A DNA stretch of 64,000 nt from an archaeon. Its GTDB lineage: Archaea; Nanobdellota; Nanobdellia; Pacearchaeales; GW2011-AR1. The position numbers and the translations under genes are program-made. Shown here in pieces: positions 29,017 through 37,375 of this stretch. The stretch lies in assembly GCA_018697295.1 (NCBI GenBank), contig JABHTJ010000002.1:162955-226954 (forward strand). Direction: 5' to 3'. How positions within the stretch are numbered: the stretch's first letter is position 1; each line of letters opens with the position of its first letter. The notes beneath the pieces were generated by a model. The model was not told the origin of the DNA, ran no database searches, and saw only the letters and a list, made by a program, of their open reading frames with translations.

Positions 29017-29952
29017 TTATTCTCTTCTGATGTATTCGTATGCAGCGTAGCTTGCGGTACAGCCTTCTGCGACACCCGTGATTAATTGTTTGAATGCACC
29101 GTCTGAAACATCTCCTGCTGCGAATACTCCCTTAAGGCTTGTTTGCGATAACTTATCTGTTATAATTTCTCCCGCTTTGTTTGTTTTTACTTTCATTTCC
29201 TTTGCTAAGTCTGAGAGGATGATATGGCCAATTGCTACAAAAACTGCACTTACTTTAAGATTTTTCGATTTTTTATATATTTTATCGAGAGTTATTTCTT
29301 CAACGACTTGTTTTCCCTTAATCTCTAAAACATTAGTATTGTTGATTACTTCAATTTTTTTGTTATCTTCTACTCGTTTGAGATTAATTGGTTCTGGATG
29401 GATTTTTTCTCCTCGATAAATGATATAAACTTTTTCACAAGATTCTGCTAATACTAATGCATCTTTTGCTGCTGAATCTGAACCTCCTACAAGTGCAACT
29501 ACTTTTCCCTTGAACAATGGTCCGTCGCAGAGTGCACAATAATTGACACCTTTGTTCTCAAATTCTTTACTCCCTGGAATATCTAACTTTCTCCATTTTG
29601 TTCCTGTCGCAAAAATAACTGCCTTTGCATTATATTTTTTCTTTTCTGCAGTTACAATAAATTTCTTTTCAGATTTCTTTTCGACTTTTGAAACTGGTTC
29701 TTCTTTTATTGTTACTAGGTCGTATGAGCGTGCATGATCTTCAATTTTCTTTGCAAGTTCTGTTCCAGTTAATTTTTGAAATCCGGGATAATTTTCAACT
29801 AAATTTGTTGTGGTAATCACCCCTCCTATTGGAAGTTCACTTCCTTGATTCTTTCCAAAGACAAGAGTTTTTTGTCCGAGCCTTGCCGCATACATTGCAG
29901 CTGCTAAACCTGTTCCTCCTGCCCCAATTATTATTATATCGTAGTTTTCCAT
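29017..29952 (-). CDS. trxB: Thioredoxin-disulfide reductase
   Basis: GAGGTG, VENYPG, ATG, YCALCDG, GGSDSA, FAAGD. Confidence 0.93.
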   Translation of the reverse strand: MENYDIIIIGAGGTGLAAAMYAARLGQKTLVFGKNQGSELPIGGVITTTNLVENYPGFQKLTGTELAKKIEDHARSYDLVTIKEEPVSKVEKKSEKKFIVTAEKKKYNAKAVIFATGTKWRKLDIPGSKEFENKGVNYCALCDGPLFKGKVVALVGGSDSAAKDALVLAESCEKVYIIYRGEKIHPEPINLKRVEDNKKIEVINNTNVLEIKGKQVVEEITLDKIYKKSKNLKVSAVFVAIGHIILSDLAKEMKVKTNKAGEIITDKLSQTSLKGVFAAGDVSDGAFKQLITGVAEGCTASYAAYEYIRRE

Positions 29953-29977
29953 TTTAAAAAATTATTTTAAAGTTTTG

Positions 29978-30208
29978 TTAAAGCTTGAGAGCGCTTTTTA
30001 ATTTCGCCTCATCAAATCCTGTGACGATCGTTCCATTTGCATCAATTACTGGAACTCCCATTTGACCGGATTTATCCATCATTTCTTTTGCTTTCTTTTC
30101 GTCGCTACTTACATCTACATTCTTGAAAGAAACTTTGTTCTCTTTTAGAAATGCTTTCACTTTTTTGCACCAAGGACAAGTTGGTGTTGAATATACTGTT
30201 ACTGCCAT
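29978..30208 (-). CDS. Glutaredoxin-like protein (YruB/NrdH type)
   Basis: YSTPTCPWC, SGQMGVPVI, GFD; GGAGG RBS. Confidence 0.93.
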   Translation of the reverse strand: MAVTVYSTPTCPWCKKVKAFLKENKVSFKNVDVSSDEKKAKEMMDKSGQMGVPVIDANGTIVTGFDEAKLKSALKL

Positions 30209-30300
30209 TATTACCTCCTTTTGATTAGTTAAACTAATTAGTTACTCAAGTGTATCTTTGCTTTTATACTTTTTGGAAACTGTGTTGACAAAATTTAGAT

Positions 30301-30933
30301 TTATTTAATCAAACTTTTTAATTTTCTAATCCCTGATGAAATGCTTTTTTCTTTTTTTAGAAATGAGCCTGAGATAAAGTAGTTTGCTCCCGCTTCTTTT
30401 GCTTTTGAAATTGTCTTATCGTTTATTCCTCCGTCAACTTCAATTATTAGTTTTGGATATTTCTTGCGAAGCTGTGTTACTTTTTTTAGTGTCGATGGGA
30501 TGAATTTTGCTCCATACTTTCCTGGATGAACGCTCATTACAGTTATCATATCTATTTTAGGAATGTAACGAGAAATTTTTGCGATTGGTGTTAGTGGTTT
30601 TATTGCGATTCCAACTTTTTTCTTTTTTGAGCTGATAAGTTTGATTATTTCGTTAGGGTTTTTTGTTGACTCAATGTGAAAAATAATAGTGTTTACTTTT
30701 TTGTAATTACTCTCTATCCAGATTTTTGGACCTTTTACCATTAAATGTGCTTCAACTTTTTGTTTTAATTTTGGAAGTTTAAAATCAAAGTCAAGAGAAG
30801 AATTTTTTACGAACTTTTTGTCCATTACATCTAGCTGGATTCTATTAGATTTATTTTTTACTTTCTTTATTATTTTATCCAATGCTTTTTGGTTTTTTGC
30901 GATTACCGAAGGGATGATTTCTTGCTTCACCAT
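30301..30933 (-). CDS. rpe: Ribulose-phosphate 3-epimerase
   Basis: LDVMD..FV, EAHLMV, FHIE, MSVHPG, EVDGGIN, SGS. Confidence 0.9.
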   Translation of the reverse strand: MVKQEIIPSVIAKNQKALDKIIKKVKNKSNRIQLDVMDKKFVKNSSLDFDFKLPKLKQKVEAHLMVKGPKIWIESNYKKVNTIIFHIESTKNPNEIIKLISSKKKKVGIAIKPLTPIAKISRYIPKIDMITVMSVHPGKYGAKFIPSTLKKVTQLRKKYPKLIIEVDGGINDKTISKAKEAGANYFISGSFLKKEKSISSGIRKLKSLIK

Positions 30934-30934
30934 T

Positions 30935-31417
30935 TTATTTTTTCGAAGACAATTTTTCTATTTTTTTTAATCTTCTTTTGTGGCGAGTGTCGTTGCTGAA
31001 CGGGGTTTGTAACCAAACTGTAATCGCTCTTTTGACTAAATTTTCATCCATGAAGAATGCTCCGAGAGACAATACATTTGAATTATTGTGTTCTCTGGAT
31101 AATTTTAAGATTTTTTCTGGCGGTGAAGATCCATAGTAAAGTGCGGTTCTAATTTTTGGAACCCTATTTGCTGCGATTACTTCTCCTTGGCCTGAACCTG
31201 CAATGATTATTCCTCTGTTGTTAGGATTTTTAGCTACGAGTTTTGCCATAGGAATTACATAGTCTGGATAATCGTCATTTGGATCCGAATTAAATGGGCC
31301 TACGTCTTCTACTTTGAATCCTTTTTTTTCAAGCCATGGCTTTATCTTTTCTTTTATTTTGAAACCTGCGTGATCTCCTGAAAGATATATTTTCTTTATT
31401 TTAATTTTTTGTTTCAT
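30935..31417 (-). CDS. rpiB: Ribose-5-phosphate isomerase B
   Basis: GDHAG, DDYPD, GSGQG, REHNNSN, RHKRR. Confidence 0.93.
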   Translation of the reverse strand: MKQKIKIKKIYLSGDHAGFKIKEKIKPWLEKKGFKVEDVGPFNSDPNDDYPDYVIPMAKLVAKNPNNRGIIIAGSGQGEVIAANRVPKIRTALYYGSSPPEKILKLSREHNNSNVLSLGAFFMDENLVKRAITVWLQTPFSNDTRHKRRLKKIEKLSSKK

Positions 31418-31418
31418 T

Positions 31419-32366
31419 TTATTCTACTATTGGTTTAATCTCTGATTTAAATATTTTGGAAATATCTTGGGTATACCTTACAATATTTTCTTTGAAATAA
31501 GGTTTTTTTGCTTTTTGGATTTTTCCGATTATAAAATAGCTAACTGCCATCATTGTTGCGTAATCTGCACCTTTTGGAAGTGGAATATTGAGGCGATTTT
31601 TGCCGTAGGTTTTATTTTTTTCTCCGAAGCTGATGAACAATTCCTTTGATGGGACAAGTGTTGTTGCATGTTTTACGTATTCGAGTGTTTCAACATCTCT
31701 TGCGACAACTCGACCAAAGAGTTCAATGAATTTTACTTGGAGCATACGAACAATTCCAGAAAATTTTGTCGGTACTATGATATAGTATTTGTCATACTTT
31801 TTGAAGTTAGGTAGTTTTATCTTATTTGTATTATTTTGAATATAGTTTAGAATCTTTCTTGGACTTTCGTTGGTTTTTCCTAAAATCATCCCAATATAGG
31901 TTGAGGTATTGTAGGTATATGGTTCTCGTTGTTTTGGAAAAACATATTCGTCGTAAGGATGTTTTTTATCGAGGAATTTTTCTGCAGGTGCAGTTTTTTC
32001 ATTAGTAATAAGTGTTACGTGCTTTTTGTAATTCTTAGAAATCTTGGCAATTATTGGAGCGTGTTTTGCTCCTGAAGCTGAAATTAAAACTACTCCATCA
32101 ATTGATTTTATGTTTTTTAATTTTTCTTCAAAATTAGATTCGCTTGCAAAAATTGCATCTCTATTTTCGAAAATTATTCTTCCTGTCGCCTCCGCATTCC
32201 CTGAACCGACGACTAATGGTTTTTCGTAAGGGACGATTATCGACTGTAGCTTCTCCTTTGAGAAAAGTTCTAATGCTCCAAGTACACAAGTATCTAAGTC
32301 TGGAATATTTTTTAGAGAAAAACTTTGCATTATGTCGTAGTTAGGACTAAGATTTTTTTTCACCAT
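31419..32366 (-). CDS. SIS-domain sugar isomerase-like protein (possible PGI/PMI)
   Basis: VVGSGNA, VLISASG, LIT SIS-like strands; first gene of the rpiB-rpe operon. Confidence 0.55.
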   Translation of the reverse strand: MVKKNLSPNYDIMQSFSLKNIPDLDTCVLGALELFSKEKLQSIIVPYEKPLVVGSGNAEATGRIIFENRDAIFASESNFEEKLKNIKSIDGVVLISASGAKHAPIIAKISKNYKKHVTLITNEKTAPAEKFLDKKHPYDEYVFPKQREPYTYNTSTYIGMILGKTNESPRKILNYIQNNTNKIKLPNFKKYDKYYIIVPTKFSGIVRMLQVKFIELFGRVVARDVETLEYVKHATTLVPSKELFISFGEKNKTYGKNRLNIPLPKGADYATMMAVSYFIIGKIQKAKKPYFKENIVRYTQDISKIFKSEIKPIVE

Positions 32367-32466
32367 CTTTATTTTATTAACTGGAAGCAGTATTTAATAA
32401 TTTTGGTTTCTGAAGGAGAAAATTTGTAATAATAAAAAAATAAAAATTGAATAAATCTAAATAGAT

Positions 32467-32799
32467 TTATTCGTTTGATTGAGCGTCTTCGATAGCTTCT
32501 GCGTCTGCCATTGGAGCTTCTGATGATTCTCCTCTTGGAGCTCGGTCATCGTCTCGTGGAGTCATTGGACGAGCTTCGTTAACATTTAATGCTCTTCCTT
32601 CGATTTCCTTTTGATCCATATCGGCCATTGCCTTTTTAGCTGAGTCTTCATCGTTGATTGTTACAAATCCAAATCCTTTTGATCTTTTAGAAAATTTGTC
32701 TACAATTACGTTTGCTTCATCAACTCCGTAGCTTTCGAATAATGCCGCTAGTGCTTTATCATCAATACTCCAGGCTAAATTACCTACATATAATTTCAT
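32467..32799 (-). CDS. RRM RNA-binding protein
   Basis: KLYVGNL (RNP2), RSKGFGFV (RNP1), LNVNEAR; GGAGG RBS. Confidence 0.95.
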   Translation of the reverse strand: MKLYVGNLAWSIDDKALAALFESYGVDEANVIVDKFSKRSKGFGFVTINDEDSAKKAMADMDQKEIEGRALNVNEARPMTPRDDDRAPRGESSEAPMADAEAIEDAQSNE

Positions 32800-32906
32800 A
32801 TTTATTTATCCTCCCGTGATTTAATTGTAAATTGCATTCTTAGAAACATTCCTTATATCCTTGAATTTCTTACTGATTTTGATTATTTAAAGGTTTGTAA
32901 TTAGTT

Positions 32907-33612
32907 GGCTTTGTGTAAAAAGTCTAGTTAATGACTCACTTTATACACAAAAATCTCAAGAATATATAATTTAGGCATATAATTTTTTTAATTTTCCATT
33001 ATAATTAATTCTTATATGAAAATGTATCTGGTTACGATTATCTATCGCCTTCTCGGCAGTTTCTTCGTCCGGGAAGGTTAATTCAGCTTTTAATTTGAAG
33101 GACTCATAAGAGTTTAATTGGAAAGGTATTGAAAGAATATAAAGAAATGGATTTTTTGCATGAAAGAAGTGCAATGATAATAAAAAAGAGGCTAGCAGTG
33201 GTTGAATTTGTTCACGGGTTAGAATTAATTCTCAAAGCAATTCTAATAAGAAAAGGTTATTGTATCTATAAATTCAAGAACAATAAGATATTCAAGAATA
33301 ATGAAAAAATTGAAAGACTTGTATCCTCTGATAGGACTATAGAGCTAGAAGGTGTCATAAAATTCTTTAAGAAAGAATATCCAGAGCTTTCTTTTAATCT
33401 AGTTGATAAGTTGAGAGTTCTTAGAAATCAGATTACTCACAAAGGCACGGAAATAAGTGAAAAGAAAAGGGATTATTTTATTGGTGCCATAAATTGCTTA
33501 ATTGAGGTTTATGAAAAAGAAGATATAAGAAATAGAAAATTCCTTGGAATTATTAGGCAGGCAAAATTAGATATTTGACTTTATACACAGAAGCCACTTA
33601 ATCCACAAAGCC
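32907..33612. mobile_element. Non-autonomous mini-transposon / mobile insertion cassette (IS1595-ISPna2-like ends) carrying a HEPN gene
   Basis: Left end GGCTTTGTGTAAAAAGT; right end reverse complement GGCTTTGTGGATTAAGT; direct repeat TAATTAGTT at 32898-32906 and 33613-33621; no transposase inside. Confidence 0.8.
33129..33578 (+). CDS. HEPN-domain protein (putative RNase toxin/defence effector)
   Basis: N-terminal helix GLELILKAIL (ExxxK) and LRVLRNQITH (R-X4-H). Confidence 0.72.
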   Translation: MKEYKEMDFLHERSAMIIKKRLAVVEFVHGLELILKAILIRKGYCIYKFKNNKIFKNNEKIERLVSSDRTIELEGVIKFFKKEYPELSFNLVDKLRVLRNQITHKGTEISEKKRDYFIGAINCLIEVYEKEDIRNRKFLGIIRQAKLDI

Positions 33613-33615
33613 TAA

Positions 33616-34728
33616 TTAGTTAAATTGCAGTATGATTCCTATGATAAATGCAAGAGTTAATAGGATTATGATTGGTGTGTTGATGAAAACCTTTATTTCA
33701 GGTTTTCTTTGTCCTTTTTTCTCCTCTTTTGCTCCTTTATTGATTAGCAGAATTAAAACTCCAGTTATTCCTGTCGAAATCACTCCTGCGATTCCAAGAA
33801 TCGAAGAAAATCCTAACAAATTGAATTTTTGGATTATGATGTATAGAATTAGTGGCATTAAGGAGGTGAATATGAATGTTTTTCTCTTTGAGAAGTTAAG
33901 GTCGAAAAGACAGCTATCTCTTAGGGAAAATGAAAGTACGAAATAGGATGTGAGCATGGTGAATATTCCGAGAATTATTATGATTGGTCCAAAAGAGAGC
34001 GTTGCGACTTCGGTTACGCTTTTTCCAAGGACTCCGACAAAGGTTGCCGTGAATATTGTGTAGAGAATGACTGGAATTGATAGTCCGATGAAAATTGCTT
34101 TTTTGAAGTTTTTCTCTTGACCTTTTATTTCGAGACGTAGTTCTGGGATTGCCGTGAAGCCAAGTAATGCAAATAATATTACTCCTATTGGAAATGTGAA
34201 ATTATTTGGCGGGATTGTTGTAAGATTTGCTGGATTAATGTTTTGGAGGTGGTAAATAAATAATCCGAGAATGATTGCGATGATTGCGATGACGCCATAT
34301 GTTTCAACTTTTTTGAGGCTCTTTAATCCTTCTCGTAAGAGTAACGTCATGACAAGCCAGAATAAGAATCCAAGAAATAGTGGGTTGATGTTTCCTGGAA
34401 GAAGCTGGGAAAAACTTTGACCTTCTCCGATTAGGTATGCGATTAGTGCAGAATAAACTCCAAAGATTACTGTTAGAAACATTATTTTTTCTCCCCAAGG
34501 TCCTAGGTATATTTTTGCATAACCTGTGAGTTGGTGTTTTGATTTTGTTCTTAGAGTTACTTCTGCAAGAGAAAAATTAATGAAAAGCATGACAATGGAG
34601 AGAATGATGAGCCAGAAGATTCCGACGAGAAAACCTGATTTTGCGAAAACAAATGGAAGACCAAGAATTCCTGCACCGATAACTGCACCTGAGAGTGTGA
34701 ATGTTGTTGCCCAGAATTTTTTATTCAT
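33616..34728 (-). CDS. Aromatic amino acid permease family transporter
   Basis: GAVIGAGILGLP, about 11 TM helices, GFTAIPE. Confidence 0.88.
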   Translation of the reverse strand: MNKKFWATTFTLSGAVIGAGILGLPFVFAKSGFLVGIFWLIILSIVMLFINFSLAEVTLRTKSKHQLTGYAKIYLGPWGEKIMFLTVIFGVYSALIAYLIGEGQSFSQLLPGNINPLFLGFLFWLVMTLLLREGLKSLKKVETYGVIAIIAIILGLFIYHLQNINPANLTTIPPNNFTFPIGVILFALLGFTAIPELRLEIKGQEKNFKKAIFIGLSIPVILYTIFTATFVGVLGKSVTEVATLSFGPIIIILGIFTMLTSYFVLSFSLRDSCLFDLNFSKRKTFIFTSLMPLILYIIIQKFNLLGFSSILGIAGVISTGITGVLILLINKGAKEEKKGQRKPEIKVFINTPIIILLTLAFIIGIILQFN

Positions 34729-34838
34729 AGTATCACCTTTGTTTTGATGGTTGAGCGTGTTTATAAGATTTTATGATTGATTTAATCACACACAATTTTT
34801 TAAATGAATTTTTGCTTATTAAATTCCTTGGGTGAAAT

Positions 34839-36644
34839 ATGGTAGAAATTGTAGTAAATGATAACTTTAACGAAGCAGGTGAAGCTAACTTATTCGAAGA
34901 TATTGGTAATGGGAAATTTGAGTCTTCTGATTTATTTAAACTTAGAATGGATGTAGATGAACTAGTTGAGGATTCGGAAATTAATGAACTTTTATCTTAT
35001 GGGAGTTTTTCTAAAAACTTGGCGTACGATTTGCCTTATCAGAGGTCTGGTGCGATTAAACTTTTGCGAGATTTTAATATGAGTGCTCTTTTGGCTGATG
35101 AGGTTGGACTTGGGAAAACTATTACGACAGGAATGGCGATTAAGGAGGGAATTTATCGTGGGTTTTTGAAAAAGATTGTTATTTTAACTCCTCCAAGTTT
35201 GGTTGATCAATGGGTGATTGAACTTCGAGATAAATTTGGGTTAGAGTTTAATATTATTGAGTCTGCCGAGGATTGGAATAAATTTGATTTTGCTATTGCG
35301 TCAATTGATCGTGTGAAGATTTTTGACAAAGTTACTCGTGGATTCCGGCATAAAAGTGCACATTCTGTTTTGTGGGATTTGGTGATTGTTGATGAGGCTC
35401 ATAAATTAAAAGAAAAAAATACGGTTCGTTGGAAATTTGTAGATCGGCTGCAAAAAAAGCGGTTTTTGCTCTTGACAGCGACGCCATTTCAAAATGATTT
35501 GATTGAACTTTACAATCTTTTACATTTGCTTAAGCGTGGTCACTTGGGAACAATAAAGGAATTTCGGCAAAAATTCTTATACCGAGGAAATAGTCGTCAT
35601 CCTCTTAATCCCCTTGACTTGAAAAAAAAATTAGAAGAAGTTATGGTTCGGCGTCGACGTGATGAAACTGGAATTGATTACAAGGCTCGTGTTCCAAAAA
35701 TTGTTACTGTTGAACTTAGCAAAACTGAGAAGATGATTTATGATAATACTGTTCGATTGTTAAAGGAGAATTATTTTCGTGCAGATGGTCGGGAAATTAA
35801 TGCCCTCTTGATCGTGTTTGCAATTTTGCCAAAGATTACGAGTTCATCTGCTTCGGCTAAAGAGAGTTTGCAAAGAATTATTGATACTGAAACTTACCAT
35901 GAAATTACAAAGACGTTTGCGCAAGGTATACTTGATGATTATGCAACTGTTGAACGCGATTCGAAAATTGAAAAATTGGTTGAGTTGATTGAAGAAATTA
36001 TTTCTCGCAAAAATGAAGATGGAAGTAAATCAGACGAGAAGATTTTAATTTATACTCGGCATCCAACCACACTTCGCTATATTGTTGAAAAGCTCAAGCC
36101 ATTTAATTTGAAAATTATTGAATTTATGGGTGGGCTTGATAGAGAAGAAAAATCGCGAAGGATAGAATCATTTAAACGAGGTGAAGCAGATATTATGATC
36201 TCGACAGATACTGGGGCGGAAGGACTTAATTTTCAGTTTTGTCGGAATTTAATTAATTATGATTTGCCTTGGAATCCGATGTCAGTTGAACAGCGAATTG
36301 GTCGCCTTGATAGGATTGGTCAGAATAGGGATATGTACATTTATTCGTTTGCGACGAAGGGAACGATGGAAGAACATGTAGTTGACCTGATAATAAATAA
36401 GATGTGTTGTGTTGGGCTTGTGATTGGTGAGTTGCCGATTATTTTATTTAATCTTGGACTTGATGGCGAGGGAAAATCTGGAAGAAATAAAATTGAAGAG
36501 AAGTTGATGGCGTCGTTTATCGAAGGGAAAGGGAACTTAGAATTTTTTGCTCGAAACGTAAATGAAATTGCTGCAGAGATTAGTTTAGGCATGAAAGATT
36601 ATGAAAATGATAAAGTTAGCAATAAGAAATTTTTTGATGAATAA
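34839..36644 (+). CDS. SNF2-family helicase/ATPase (YqhH-like)
   Basis: LADEVGLGKT, VDEAH, LTATPFQN, GAEGLNFQ, YDLPWNP, EQRIGRLDRIGQ. Confidence 0.92.
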   Translation: MVEIVVNDNFNEAGEANLFEDIGNGKFESSDLFKLRMDVDELVEDSEINELLSYGSFSKNLAYDLPYQRSGAIKLLRDFNMSALLADEVGLGKTITTGMAIKEGIYRGFLKKIVILTPPSLVDQWVIELRDKFGLEFNIIESAEDWNKFDFAIASIDRVKIFDKVTRGFRHKSAHSVLWDLVIVDEAHKLKEKNTVRWKFVDRLQKKRFLLLTATPFQNDLIELYNLLHLLKRGHLGTIKEFRQKFLYRGNSRHPLNPLDLKKKLEEVMVRRRRDETGIDYKARVPKIVTVELSKTEKMIYDNTVRLLKENYFRADGREINALLIVFAILPKITSSSASAKESLQRIIDTETYHEITKTFAQGILDDYATVERDSKIEKLVELIEEIISRKNEDGSKSDEKILIYTRHPTTLRYIVEKLKPFNLKIIEFMGGLDREEKSRRIESFKRGEADIMISTDTGAEGLNFQFCRNLINYDLPWNPMSVEQRIGRLDRIGQNRDMYIYSFATKGTMEEHVVDLIINKMCCVGLVIGELPIILFNLGLDGEGKSGRNKIEEKLMASFIEGKGNLEFFARNVNEIAAEISLGMKDYENDKVSNKKFFDE

Positions 36645-36656
36645 AAATTAAAAAAA

Positions 36657-37133
36657 TTATTTTTTTTCTTTCCAGGCAACGAATCCGATAACTACGAAGT
36701 AGAGGGGCGTTCCGATTTTTGGGACTATTTGTGCGAGGCTAAACCATCCAGGATATTTTCTTGCTTCAAAAATTCTCCAGTGGGAGATTATTAATAATAT
36801 GAATAGTGCTACCCAGCCAAGAATTGGAATTAGTATTAAGAAAATCCATGCCCAATGGAAACCTCCAAGTTGTAATCTCATTGCACTTGATGCGAATGGA
36901 ATCCATGCAAGCCACGGGTTTTTATGTTTTGATTTTTTTGCAATTGTTTGCCATGCGAGTGCGTGATAGATATATAGTGCTGCTAATAATGTTATCGCGA
37001 ATAATATTCCAAATGCAAGTAGGATTCCGGCAATGCCTCCTGCAAAACCTCCTGCGAAATTTTGTGCGATTGGACAATTTGCTATAGCTGATTCATTTCC
37101 TGCGAAAAATTCTGTGCATGTGCTGAATACCAT
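36657..37133 (-). CDS. Membrane protein (DUF5684-like)
   Basis: WQTIAKK...WLAWIP, LIPILG; several TM helices. Confidence 0.75.
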   Translation of the reverse strand: MVFSTCTEFFAGNESAIANCPIAQNFAGGFAGGIAGILLAFGILFAITLLAALYIYHALAWQTIAKKSKHKNPWLAWIPFASSAMRLQLGGFHWAWIFLILIPILGWVALFILLIISHWRIFEARKYPGWFSLAQIVPKIGTPLYFVVIGFVAWKEKK

Positions 37134-37202
37134 CTTTTTATTACTTATAGTAAGTGGTTATTGTTTATAAAATTTGGGTTTTTTGTCGGTTTAGGATTTA
37201 TC

Positions 37203-37228
37203 GTTTTTGGCAACGTGTTACCAAAAAC
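37203..37228. promoter_or_regulatory. 26-bp near-perfect palindrome (candidate operator or hairpin)
   Basis: GTTTTTGGCAAC-GT-GTTACCAAAAAC, one mismatch. Confidence 0.45.
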
Positions 37229-37375
37229 TCGAGAGGGTGCAGTTTGTGAGTGCCTAGGTTTTGTGTTGTTGGTTGGTACTGGATTAATCCGATTAGGAAT
37301 AATCTAGTTGGGTTGGTTAGATTGGGTGCGGTTTAGTACAACAATTCCTTTAAACTCTAGTCTAATTCTAAAAAC

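Noticed and set aside
30222-30243. Another TAATTAGTT with a short palindrome upstream of the glutaredoxin gene
   Set aside because: AT-rich 9-mer with no adjacent TIR; likely chance
32971-33174. Minus-strand 67-aa ORF as a transposase remnant, or TGA readthrough at 33096 extending the HEPN gene
   Set aside because: No DDE or zinc-ribbon motif recognisable and no support for recoding; TGA is an ordinary stop elsewhere in the window
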